A DNA stretch of 64,000 nt from a bacterium (GTDB lineage: Bacteria; Zhuqueibacterota; Zhuqueibacteria; Residuimicrobiales; Krinioviventaceae): positions 3,424,001 through 3,488,000 of the forward strand of contig OY843751.1 of assembly GCA_963693055.1 (NCBI GenBank). The letters are read 5' to 3'. The position numbers and the translations under genes were made by a program. Below are positions 29,691-38,791 of this stretch, piece by piece. Under the pieces are notes generated by a model. It was given only the letters and a program-made list of their open reading frames with translations. It searched no databases and had not been told where the DNA came from. The first letter of the stretch is position 1. Every line of letters starts with the position of its first letter.

Positions 29691-30563
29691 TTACTCTAAT
29701 TCTTTAACAGCAGCATCAAGTCTGCATCCATCCTCGCCATGATCATGACCAATAGATTCAAGCGATGCTTTTTCCTGATTAGCATAAGCAGTATTACGGT
29801 TCAATAAACTCTGAAAATCTACCTGATGTGCATCAAATTCCGGTCCGTCTACACATACAAATTGTACCGAATCACCGATATTTACACGACAACCACCGCA
29901 CATACCAGTGCCATCTACCATAACCGGGTTCAAGCTAACCATGGTTTTTATACCGTATTCGCGAGTAATATCCGCAACACTTTTCATCATCATGATAGGT
30001 CCAATTGCCAGAACAAAATCGGGTTTATTGCCGCTATCAATCAGTTCTTTCAACTTGCCGGTCACAAAGCCGTGATATCCGTAACTGCCGTCATCGGTAG
30101 TGACATAGGTTTCATCACAAAATTCCTGCATTTCTTTTTCAAGAATGACCAGATCTTTGTTCTTGGCGCCAATAATAGAAATAACATGGTTATCGGCTTG
30201 CTTTAACGCCTTTGCTGTTGGAAAAGCAATAGCAGTACCTACACCACCACCAATTACACATGCTTTACCAAATTTTTCAATTTCTGAGGGTTTTCCCAAT
30301 GGACCTACAATATCCATTACCTCATCACCGGTATTGAACCGGTTCAATAACTTTGTAGTCTTACCGATACCCTGTACAATGATAGTTACACTCCCTTCAA
30401 CCGGATCAGAATCCGCAATGGTCAGCGGAATACGCTCACCTTTGTCATGCACACGCACAATCACAAACTGACCGGCCTGACGTTTTTTACTGATCTTGGG
30501 TGCTTCAATTCGGAATAATTTGATATCTTTTGCCAGGAATTCAGCATGCAGTATCTTCGGCAT
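29691..30563 (-). CDS. nfnA: NfnA/SudB (PyrK-like FAD/[2Fe-2S] small subunit)
   Basis: GERIPLTIAD, GPLG, GGGVG, DGTGMCGGC...CVDGPEF. Confidence 0.88.
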   Translation of the reverse strand: MPKILHAEFLAKDIKLFRIEAPKISKKRQAGQFVIVRVHDKGERIPLTIADSDPVEGSVTIIVQGIGKTTKLLNRFNTGDEVMDIVGPLGKPSEIEKFGKACVIGGGVGTAIAFPTAKALKQADNHVISIIGAKNKDLVILEKEMQEFCDETYVTTDDGSYGYHGFVTGKLKELIDSGNKPDFVLAIGPIMMMKSVADITREYGIKTMVSLNPVMVDGTGMCGGCRVNIGDSVQFVCVDGPEFDAHQVDFQSLLNRNTAYANQEKASLESIGHDHGEDGCRLDAAVKELE

Positions 30564-30697
30564 CTATCTTCCTTTCATCTCTAATATTTTGTTCAAAACT
30601 ACATTTACAGAATACAAGTTAGGAAATTTTTCACAAAAATGGAATGAATTTTTTGCAGAAATACAAAAAGAGGAAATAAATATGTTACAAAATATGT

Positions 30698-30728
30698 TCA
30701 TTCCGGCAGTTTAATTCTGCCGGAATGA
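30698..30728 (-). terminator. Stem-loop downstream of the GH2 gene (probable terminator)
   Basis: TCATTCCGGCAG-tttaatt-CTGCCGGAATGA perfect 12-bp stem, about 10 bp after the stop; weak U-tract. Confidence 0.6.
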
Positions 30729-30737
30729 TACAAATGC

Positions 30738-32987
30738 CTAACGAGATATTATTTCACAACTGCCTTTTAACGCTTTTGCTTTGGCAGTAACTGTAATGTT
30801 GCCAGATTTGCCAGTGGATTGTACGAGTACCACTGCACTTCCATCTGCACTTTCAGCAGATTTTGCCCCGCCAATACCTATAATTTTACCGCCATTTGTT
30901 GATTCGAATGCAATCTCTACTCCATTAACGTGAACAGGATTACCATCAGCATCCACCAGTTGCGCGGTAACGGGAATTGCGTCGTATCCATCTGCAAACA
31001 TTTCATTGCTCAAAGCCGTCAATTGGATAGCTGCAGGATCACCTGGTGTGATCAATACATGCTCAACCTGCTCTCTGCCCTGCTTTGCAACCGCTTTTAG
31101 CTTGCCGGGTTCAAAAGGAACATTCCATTCACATTCTTTTTCTTTAGAGGATTGGATCTTTTTTCCATTTAAATACAGATCCACTTTATCACCATTGTGC
31201 CATACATTAACATTAACAGGTTCACCCGGGGATTTATCATTATCCCAGGTACCGGCTATATGCACAAAAGGCTCTTTACTCCAGCGCGCTTTTATATACC
31301 AAGCCGGTTCCTTGTAACGACGGTAATAATCTACAACACCTGAGGTTTGTATGGGCCATACTGGCTTGTACTCGCTGCCATAATCATGGAATCCCCAAAT
31401 ACATGCACCGGGCAAATAGCTTTTACTTTCTATCAAGTCTAAATCTTGCTTTACACTTGCAAAAGATTTCATTTCACTGGTATAATCGCCAATATATGTT
31501 TTATCAGGATTGGTACATTCGGAACTGATGAGTATAAGCTCGGGATAATTCTTGTGCAGTTCATCATACGCTTCAATTTTGTAATTGAGAGCCAAAATAT
31601 CGGGTATAAACGCCGTACCTTGTTCAAGTGCTTCTTTGATATGATTTTCAGCATAACAAGTGGGACGCGTAGAATCCAAACGATCCGCAGTGGCTTGCAG
31701 CAACTTGAACATTTCAGCAGAACGTCCTTCATTCATTAATCCCCAGAGAATGATGGATGGGTGATTGCGGTCCCTTCGCAACATGGCATCGAACATATAG
31801 TCCATATTTTCCATAAACTCTCTACCGCCAATATGCTGCCACGACACCGGCTCTTCATAAACCAGGATTCCCAAACTGTCGCATGCGTTTAAAAAATCAG
31901 GATGCTGGGGATAATGCGAACAGCGTACAAAGTTAACTCCCAAATCCTTTAGTATCACTGCATCCTGGACCTGTAGGCGCTTGGGTACTGCGTTTGCCAA
32001 TCCCGGATAACACTGATGTCTGTTAATTCCTTTGGTTTTCAAAGGTTTTCCATTGAACAAGAGACCCTTATTAGCAGTAAACTCGAATGAACGAAATCCG
32101 ATCTTTGTTTTCAATTGATCAATTAATTGATTGTTTTCAAACAATTCAACGTTGAGTAAATACAAGTTGGGTTGATCAGGCGACCATAACTTGACATTTT
32201 TTACAATACTTTCAAGATTAGAGACAGCCCGTGTGAGCTCCGGTGGTATGGTAATGGATTGTTCAGAAACCGATTTTTCCTGCGCACCATCTAACACGGT
32301 TGTGCGTACAAGAATGGTACGATACTCCTGGGAGGTATTACTCACTTTAACGGCAGTATTAATAACAGATTCTTTTTCGTTTACCACCGGTGTGGTTGCA
32401 AACAGATCATATTTTTCAAGATAAACATCAGACAGGCTCTCAATCGTCACTTCGCGATAGATTCCACCATATACATTGTAATCCATGCGCCAGCGCCCGG
32501 GTGGAATTTCGTCATTATGGATATTGTTTACCCGCACGGAGATCAGGTTTTCACTGTCCCAGTTTAAAACATCAGTCACATCAATCTCAATGGGCGTAAA
32601 ACCGCTGTTGAACTTGCCCATATACTGCTCATTCACCCAAATCTCGGACTGATTACTTATTGCGCCAAAACAAATAAAAATTCTTCTACCCTTGTGTTCA
32701 GCAGGTACCGTAAAATGTTTCCGATACCATGCATATCCACGATAATACCATCGAACATTATCAAATGAATCATCCGCATTATAGGAATGCGGAGTTTGGA
32801 TTTTGATCCAGTGCGAATCCTTCCAGTCCCAATGACTGGCATTGTTTAACCCAACCCAGTCATCCTGTTCAAACAACCAGTCGTGATTAAAATCCATAAT
32901 AATCCGGCCGTTATCCTGCTCCGCCAGGAGAGTACCGGTTAACAACAGTACAACAAACAGCAACTGCAAAATCACTAATCTTTTCAC
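30738..32987 (-). CDS. Secreted glycoside hydrolase family 2 (beta-galactosidase-like)
   Basis: Signal peptide, WYRKHF, GGIYR, GINRHQ, RCSHYP, DRNHPSII.W..MNE acid/base, ISSE nucleophile region. Confidence 0.92.
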   Translation of the reverse strand: MKRLVILQLLFVVLLLTGTLLAEQDNGRIIMDFNHDWLFEQDDWVGLNNASHWDWKDSHWIKIQTPHSYNADDSFDNVRWYYRGYAWYRKHFTVPAEHKGRRIFICFGAISNQSEIWVNEQYMGKFNSGFTPIEIDVTDVLNWDSENLISVRVNNIHNDEIPPGRWRMDYNVYGGIYREVTIESLSDVYLEKYDLFATTPVVNEKESVINTAVKVSNTSQEYRTILVRTTVLDGAQEKSVSEQSITIPPELTRAVSNLESIVKNVKLWSPDQPNLYLLNVELFENNQLIDQLKTKIGFRSFEFTANKGLLFNGKPLKTKGINRHQCYPGLANAVPKRLQVQDAVILKDLGVNFVRCSHYPQHPDFLNACDSLGILVYEEPVSWQHIGGREFMENMDYMFDAMLRRDRNHPSIILWGLMNEGRSAEMFKLLQATADRLDSTRPTCYAENHIKEALEQGTAFIPDILALNYKIEAYDELHKNYPELILISSECTNPDKTYIGDYTSEMKSFASVKQDLDLIESKSYLPGACIWGFHDYGSEYKPVWPIQTSGVVDYYRRYKEPAWYIKARWSKEPFVHIAGTWDNDKSPGEPVNVNVWHNGDKVDLYLNGKKIQSSKEKECEWNVPFEPGKLKAVAKQGREQVEHVLITPGDPAAIQLTALSNEMFADGYDAIPVTAQLVDADGNPVHVNGVEIAFESTNGGKIIGIGGAKSAESADGSAVVLVQSTGKSGNITVTAKAKALKGSCEIISR

Positions 32988-33069
32988 GCCGCACCTCGGG
33001 TTTTATAAACAAAAAGTATAATGAAATATAGAATAATAATCTTGTAATTCAATACTTAAAATATAGATC

Positions 33070-34053
33070 TTATTCTTTCACCAAACGAACAGACAGGCCG
33101 AATCCATTTTCATCATAGCTTCGTATAATATCATCATTCAAATAAGATAATTCACGCGTAAAAGCACTAACATTTGTGACTACATGTGTTGATGTCCAAT
33201 ATCTTGCTCCATAGTTCATTGAATAAAAGGCACCGTTAGCATCATATCGATACCCACCCCCACGGGCTCTAAAGCCACTTTCATTCGTGGCAGAAGTATT
33301 GGGCGTATTCCAATGCGATGTACCTTCTTCTTTTAATTTACCACCGTCATCGCAACGGCTGGCACCGGAACTATTTGCTTCTGCAGATGTCAGGCCTATA
33401 CTCATTTCAAGAACTTTATAATCATAGTCAGAAGGTACTCGCCAGCCTTCCGGTGCAAGATTACGCGGATCCACAACAGCATACCAGTTGTACATGGCGC
33501 CATAAACAGCAGCATTGTCGCTGTCATTATTATAATAACAATAAGCACCTGTACTGAGTGCTGACCACTCTGCATTATCTGTTACATGGGGAATTGGATC
33601 ACCATTACGATAGGTAGTAACTCGCAGATCTTCAGCCATCCACCATTTTTCACCAATCTTAACAGTTGCATATACATTACCATCCTGATCGGTCATGGTA
33701 CCGGTTTCGAGATAGTCCTGGGCAGTTACGCGTACCATAAAATTGCTGCCGGATATTCCGGGATTATCAGCATAAAAATCCCATACAATGTGTTTATTAG
33801 TACCTTTGCTGATAGCACTTCCCACATCTCCGCTTACACTGCTGCAATTCAGGTCCCAGGTTGAGCCACCATCATCAGACGCGGTCAGCGTTATATTCAT
33901 CAGATTCATATCATCTACATCATAATAGACATCCACAATCAAACTACCATCTGTTCGCTGTGAAAAACTAACATTCGAAATCACTGGTGCCTGCGCATAA
34001 AGCAGACCTGAACAAAAAACAAAAAGTAATATTATAATCTTTTTCATCATCAT
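33070..34053 (-). CDS. FISUMP (Fib_succ_major) domain secreted protein
   Basis: Signal peptide, DQDGNVYATVKIG..WWMAEDL, YGAMYNWYA, PEGWRVPS, GLSVRLVK. Confidence 0.9.
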   Translation of the reverse strand: MMMKKIIILLFVFCSGLLYAQAPVISNVSFSQRTDGSLIVDVYYDVDDMNLMNITLTASDDGGSTWDLNCSSVSGDVGSAISKGTNKHIVWDFYADNPGISGSNFMVRVTAQDYLETGTMTDQDGNVYATVKIGEKWWMAEDLRVTTYRNGDPIPHVTDNAEWSALSTGAYCYYNNDSDNAAVYGAMYNWYAVVDPRNLAPEGWRVPSDYDYKVLEMSIGLTSAEANSSGASRCDDGGKLKEEGTSHWNTPNTSATNESGFRARGGGYRYDANGAFYSMNYGARYWTSTHVVTNVSAFTRELSYLNDDIIRSYDENGFGLSVRLVKE

Positions 34054-34075
34054 TCCCTTTTTCTTTCATACCATA

Positions 34076-35068
34076 CTACTTAATCAAGAAGGCCTTTTGT
34101 GTTAACATTTGATTATTTGCTTTTAATATCACAAGGTACATTCCTGAAGGAAGCGAATTCCCTGCATCATCTTTACTGTCCCATTGAACATTATAACTTG
34201 AAGCGGATTGGGTACAATTTGACAATTCCCGTACTTTTCTTCCGTTTATATCATATACACTCAATTCAACCTGTGCTTGTTCGGCGAGTGTATAGCGTAT
34301 ATGGGTTTGTGGATTAAAGGGATTCGGATACAAGGGCAAAAGTTCTGTTGTTTCAGGTATCTCTGCAACTGTACTGCAAACAGTGCCGCATACATGCAGA
34401 TCACCGGAATAACTGACATCGGAAAGACGGTAAAACCAGGTTGTACCGGGTTGAGCGGACGTATCTCGAAAAGTATACTCTTTGGGACTGTCGATTGTTC
34501 CCCGCCCGGCAAGTTCAGAATGTGTTTCATAGGAAACAACAACCTGCCAATCAGGATTTGTAATATTCCTTGTACGCTCAAGAATAAATCCCAGGTTATT
34601 GGATTCTGTTTCAGTTCTCCACGAAACAACAATGGAACCTTGCTCCCGTGTTGCAGAAAAAGAAATCAGCTCTACCGGTAATGATGTATCAAAAGTAAAA
34701 TCCCATGTGTCGGAATAAGCACCGGTTCCGGCTACATTTACAGCACAAACCCGCCAATAGTAATTATTACTTGTGACCAATTCACCGGCATCATAGGTGG
34801 ATTCGTTTAAACCGGACTCGTTCACAACATATGAATCAAAATTAGATGCTAATGATACTTGCAGTATATAGCTTGAAGCATGATCAAGATCATTCCAGTC
34901 CAGAACGGATAAAGCGGTTCCGCTATGATTGGCCGGGGTGGATAAAACCGGTTGTGCCGGTGGTAATGATGTCAGAGAACCAGTCCCGGAATTACCATAA
35001 CCGGTATCTGCCAATACATTAATACCAGACAAAAAGACTAAAAATGCAAAATAAAACCATTTTGGCAT
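34076..35068 (-). CDS. Secreted FN3/Ig-domain protein with C-terminal T9SS-A/FlgD-Ig type sorting tail
   Basis: GGGAGG RBS, ATG 35068, YYWRV FN3-like domain, LPVELISFSA, YPNPFNP...VYDING...WDSKD..G..LPSGMY. Confidence 0.85.
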   Translation of the reverse strand: MPKWFYFAFLVFLSGINVLADTGYGNSGTGSLTSLPPAQPVLSTPANHSGTALSVLDWNDLDHASSYILQVSLASNFDSYVVNESGLNESTYDAGELVTSNNYYWRVCAVNVAGTGAYSDTWDFTFDTSLPVELISFSATREQGSIVVSWRTETESNNLGFILERTRNITNPDWQVVVSYETHSELAGRGTIDSPKEYTFRDTSAQPGTTWFYRLSDVSYSGDLHVCGTVCSTVAEIPETTELLPLYPNPFNPQTHIRYTLAEQAQVELSVYDINGRKVRELSNCTQSASSYNVQWDSKDDAGNSLPSGMYLVILKANNQMLTQKAFLIK

Positions 35069-35445
35069 AGTGCCTCCCAATAAAATAAAAAAAGTAAAAA
35101 GATATAAAAAAATATTAATAATTTTTTTGCTACCCATAATCTTTGACAAATTAACCAAATTTAATCAAAAAAACAAAAATTATTATTTTCCAGTCACAAC
35201 TGAAAAAGATTCATTATAAAGATTCTGAATTGATTAAAGCACGGTGGGATATTTATAACTACTGACATCAACAAAGATTTTATTGGCTTATAAAAACCCC
35301 AAATTACAAGATATGAATAAAGAATAGTGATGCATTAAGAGCAAACACCCAGGCCTGTCCAAAGGCATTGCAGATTAGATGATACTGTGAAAATAATTGG
35401 GTATATTGTAAATTAAAAATTGGGATATTAATTATGAATTAAATC

Positions 35446-35538
35446 TTAATTTGTGATAAAATATAATCCCAGCTGGCTGAAAACATACCCTTTTAACCGG
35501 ATGGACCGCTTGTGATGGATTTTCGAATTGTAATTCAT
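35446..35538 (-). pseudogene. Truncated REP-associated tyrosine (Y1) transposase remnant (RAYT)
   Basis: Hand translation MNYNSKIHHKRSIRLKGYVFSQLGLYFITN* with GGGGGG RBS; matches the RAYT N-terminal pattern HHRRSIRLKGYDYS..G.YFIT. Confidence 0.75.
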
Positions 35539-35605
35539 AATTCCCCCCTGATTACCATTTAAACCATTTTAAAATTATCCCCTAAAAGCATCATATTTGA
35601 TTTAT

Positions 35606-36760
35606 TTATTTCCACTGTTCATTTTGCTCTTTAACAATATCCATCACCTCCTGATATATCATCGATGGATCTTTTTGTAACAATTCATCAATTTTATCAG
35701 CGATATCTTTTGTACAGCTTTCTTTTAACACCAGTAATTTATCATATACATCTAAATTTTCTTTCGCATTGCTGGCCAGTGACCATTCAGCCGTACCTGC
35801 TGCTAAAAAAAGCGTCAATGCCTTTCGTTCCTCCAGATATTCAAGGTTTTGAACTACCATATTTAAATAAAAAGGATCACCGCTTGCTTTAAATGCACCC
35901 CAACACATGTCGTTCTGCTGGGGAGAGATATCCTGCGCTTTCAAAACTTCTTTGGGATTATCAGATATGTATATTATAGTTTCAACAAAATCAACAACCG
36001 TTGAATCGCAGCCATCACTTGTAGATTTCCATTCGGCTATCATCTCCTTATTCTGATAAAAACATTCTCCAAAGAAAAATAATAACGGGGGAATTGCACT
36101 TTCTTTGTTCAATGTTCCATTTTTGATGATATATAACAGGGCATCATCCACCATATCCGGATTCGGATTATTATAATATTCGCTGGTAAACCGATCGAAC
36201 CACTCGTCATTTTTTTCCTGGATGGATTTATGCGTCTGTATGCTTTCGGTTGGTGGATCGCCTTCAATCACCTCAAATGCCAGGTTCAAAGGAACATCAA
36301 TCCCCTTGTTTTTTTCATGGATTACAGCATTAACTTTATAGGCCCCAAACGGATCGTCTTCCTCGATCCTTATCACTATCTGTTGATCCATTAAATGCAT
36401 TTCGCTTGCGGGATTATCTTTCCAGACCAACAGGTCTTTGAAATCGCCATAAATCGAACCATCCGGTTTCAGAATTTGAATATCATAAGTCAGATATGCA
36501 TTGCCATTATCATCTTTGCTATCCGTTCCAAAAATAATAACGGGAAAGATATGGCCACCACGCTGAATTTTATCAGCACTGCTGACAACTGGTGGTTCTG
36601 GCTTTTGCCAATCCTCAAAAAACTGTTCATTGTCTATTAGGGCAAAAAATAGAAATAATCCATCTTTATCATAGGTCACATTAGAACGAGTTACAACATC
36701 TGTCACTGCATACAGATACGAAGTAAATAAAAATACAACACAAAACAATCTATTGAACAT
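35606..36760 (-). CDS. Hypothetical secreted two-domain protein
   Basis: GGGGAG RBS, signal peptide, N-terminal beta-sandwich-like part, helical C-terminal part with DMCWGAF.ASGD and AEWSL.SNA. Confidence 0.75.
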   Translation of the reverse strand: MFNRLFCVVFLFTSYLYAVTDVVTRSNVTYDKDGLFLFFALIDNEQFFEDWQKPEPPVVSSADKIQRGGHIFPVIIFGTDSKDDNGNAYLTYDIQILKPDGSIYGDFKDLLVWKDNPASEMHLMDQQIVIRIEEDDPFGAYKVNAVIHEKNKGIDVPLNLAFEVIEGDPPTESIQTHKSIQEKNDEWFDRFTSEYYNNPNPDMVDDALLYIIKNGTLNKESAIPPLLFFFGECFYQNKEMIAEWKSTSDGCDSTVVDFVETIIYISDNPKEVLKAQDISPQQNDMCWGAFKASGDPFYLNMVVQNLEYLEERKALTLFLAAGTAEWSLASNAKENLDVYDKLLVLKESCTKDIADKIDELLQKDPSMIYQEVMDIVKEQNEQWK

Positions 36761-36900
36761 ATCTTTCTCCCCTGGGCAGAATATATTTATTAGTATTTAC
36801 CCATTTGTGTATAGTAACTCCTCTCCCCTTGTTCAGAGGAGACCCAACAAAATCAATTTGCCTTAAATATGCAAGACAATATTACAGATTAGAAGTAAAT

Positions 36901-36930
36901 GTAAGGGTAGACTCGAAAGTCTCCCCCAAC
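36901..36930. repeat. Degenerate GTAG-type REP-like hairpin
   Basis: GTAAGGGTAGAC-TCGAAA-GTCTCCCCC; may also act as the terminator of the upstream operon. Confidence 0.4.
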
Positions 36931-36937
36931 ATACACA

Positions 36938-38776
36938 TTACTTTAACTCTTTTATCATCACATTGCGGTAATCCACGCCGGTACCATGGGATTGCATGCC
37001 GATATGCCCTTTGCGGGGACGCTCACTGAGCGGCAGATAGTCACCGTTAGCGATGGTGACCTCGTCCATGTTGGCAGAATTGATCTGTACGCCATTGAGC
37101 ATGATGGTTACTTGCGGGCCGTTGCAGGTGATCTCGTACACATTCCATTCGCTGGGAGGATTTGTATGTCCTTTCTCCGCGGCCACCTGGTAATAGATGC
37201 CGCCGGTATATTGCGCGGGTTTGAGATCATTGTATTTTTCCGCATTATCGTCCAACACCTGAATCTCCATACCCACATGCGCGGGATCACCTTTTTCAGG
37301 GTAACGGATACCTACACCACTGTTGCCTCCTTCGGGTATGCGCCATTCCAGGTGCAGCACAAAATTATCATATTCTTTTTTGGTAGTAAGCCAACCGCCT
37401 TTTTCCGCAATACAGGATAAAACTCCATTCTCATACTTCCAGGATTCGATCTTGCCATCCTTGGCATACCAGCCGGACAGGTCCTTGCCATTGAACAATG
37501 ATACAAAATCATCATCAGGTACCGGACTGCTGCTGACCAGATTTTCCGCTTCGTTCATATAAATCTCGGCGGTATTTTCTCCCAGGCTGGTGCGGGTGAT
37601 ATAATTATAGCGTTCAAAACTGTTAAAATCCACTTTGGCAATCATGTATCCAAAAGCGTCGTTGGTAAGTCCAAACAGCAACGGCTGTTTGGTATTCATG
37701 TGGCGTTTTACATAAAATCCCACATTGGGCAGGGCCTCACCGGGTATAGTAAGTACCTGTGCCGTACCAATATTCACCAGGTTCAGTGTTGTACTGATGG
37801 ATTTATCCTCAGACAATGCATACCCCAGCGGAGAGATTTGCAGTATCATTTGCATCATTTTCGACTCTATAGGAAAACGAATGGTTTTGGATGTACAATA
37901 CAATCCGGGATCATTTTGTACAGGTGCATTTTCCACAATGCGCAAAGCTTCGTCCGCCATGAGGTTACCAATGCGGATACATTCTTCCCAGGTATTGTTC
38001 TCTTTGCCGTCATCTCTACGAACATCCGCGGTTACCATGCCTCCCTGTGCACTGTTCATAAACAGGGCAATACCGCCGCCCTCTGCCTCAATGCGGTCAT
38101 ACATGGGTCCGCACAGATCGGGTGAAAGAATACCTCGTTCTGAGCCCAGCACCTCCGGGTGTGTGGCATAATTGATCAGCGTTGCAATGGGTTTGCCTGC
38201 GTTTGCGCCGTCTTTAGCAATGGCCTGTATCACACCCATACGGGGATCATAAAGCCGGGGTGCATATGCGTTAAAAGCAATTTTACCTTTGGCGTCATCA
38301 ACAGCAATTTTTAGAGATGCGGGTTCCAGATTGTTCACCGCCTCATTCACTGCATCTGCAATCTGCTTCACACACCAGTCCAGATACTCGAGGTCCGCAT
38401 GGTGCTGACCATTCTGGTCCGGAAATCCATACGCATCGGGAGCACTATGGGTATGTGTCACACCAATGATCACATTCTCCGGCGCAATATCTTTGATCAG
38501 TGCCCGGGATTTATCTCCCAATTTTGCGGGCCAGCCGAGATTATCAATGCTGACTATAGCAATCCGGGTTGTGCCGTCATCCAGCACCAACGCACGGGCA
38601 AACAAGTCTCCCTTTTTTTCAGTCACAGGATTAGGCGTACCTACACCACCGGAAACCGGCAGCAAAGGGTCAGGGGTTATGACACGCAAAGCCGCACCCG
38701 CCTTGAATGCTCCCGCCCAAACAGATGTTGACATTGCAAAAACGCAAAAGATGAATATGATTATAGATTTTTTCAT
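36938..38776 (-). CDS. Neutral/alkaline ceramidase-fold amidohydrolase fused to C-terminal DUF1080 (3-keto-glycoside hydratase-like) domain
   Basis: Signal peptide; THTHSAPD, NYATHPE, IPGE, LTND.FGY; C-terminal SLFNGKDLSGW, GNSGV, EIQVLD, GHIGMQSHG; start ATG 38776. Confidence 0.82.
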   Translation of the reverse strand: MKKSIIIFIFCVFAMSTSVWAGAFKAGAALRVITPDPLLPVSGGVGTPNPVTEKKGDLFARALVLDDGTTRIAIVSIDNLGWPAKLGDKSRALIKDIAPENVIIGVTHTHSAPDAYGFPDQNGQHHADLEYLDWCVKQIADAVNEAVNNLEPASLKIAVDDAKGKIAFNAYAPRLYDPRMGVIQAIAKDGANAGKPIATLINYATHPEVLGSERGILSPDLCGPMYDRIEAEGGGIALFMNSAQGGMVTADVRRDDGKENNTWEECIRIGNLMADEALRIVENAPVQNDPGLYCTSKTIRFPIESKMMQMILQISPLGYALSEDKSISTTLNLVNIGTAQVLTIPGEALPNVGFYVKRHMNTKQPLLFGLTNDAFGYMIAKVDFNSFERYNYITRTSLGENTAEIYMNEAENLVSSSPVPDDDFVSLFNGKDLSGWYAKDGKIESWKYENGVLSCIAEKGGWLTTKKEYDNFVLHLEWRIPEGGNSGVGIRYPEKGDPAHVGMEIQVLDDNAEKYNDLKPAQYTGGIYYQVAAEKGHTNPPSEWNVYEITCNGPQVTIMLNGVQINSANMDEVTIANGDYLPLSERPRKGHIGMQSHGTGVDYRNVMIKELK

Positions 38777-38791
38777 AAGATATACTCCCAA

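Noticed and set aside
33070-33270. FISUMP C-terminus as a DGR variable region
   Set aside because: No reverse transcriptase or template repeat seen in the window; cannot be supported here.
35330-35380. GCAAAC...AGGCCT segment faintly like a c-di-GMP-I riboswitch
   Set aside because: No GAAA tetraloop/receptor stems, and it points away from the nearby minus-strand genes.
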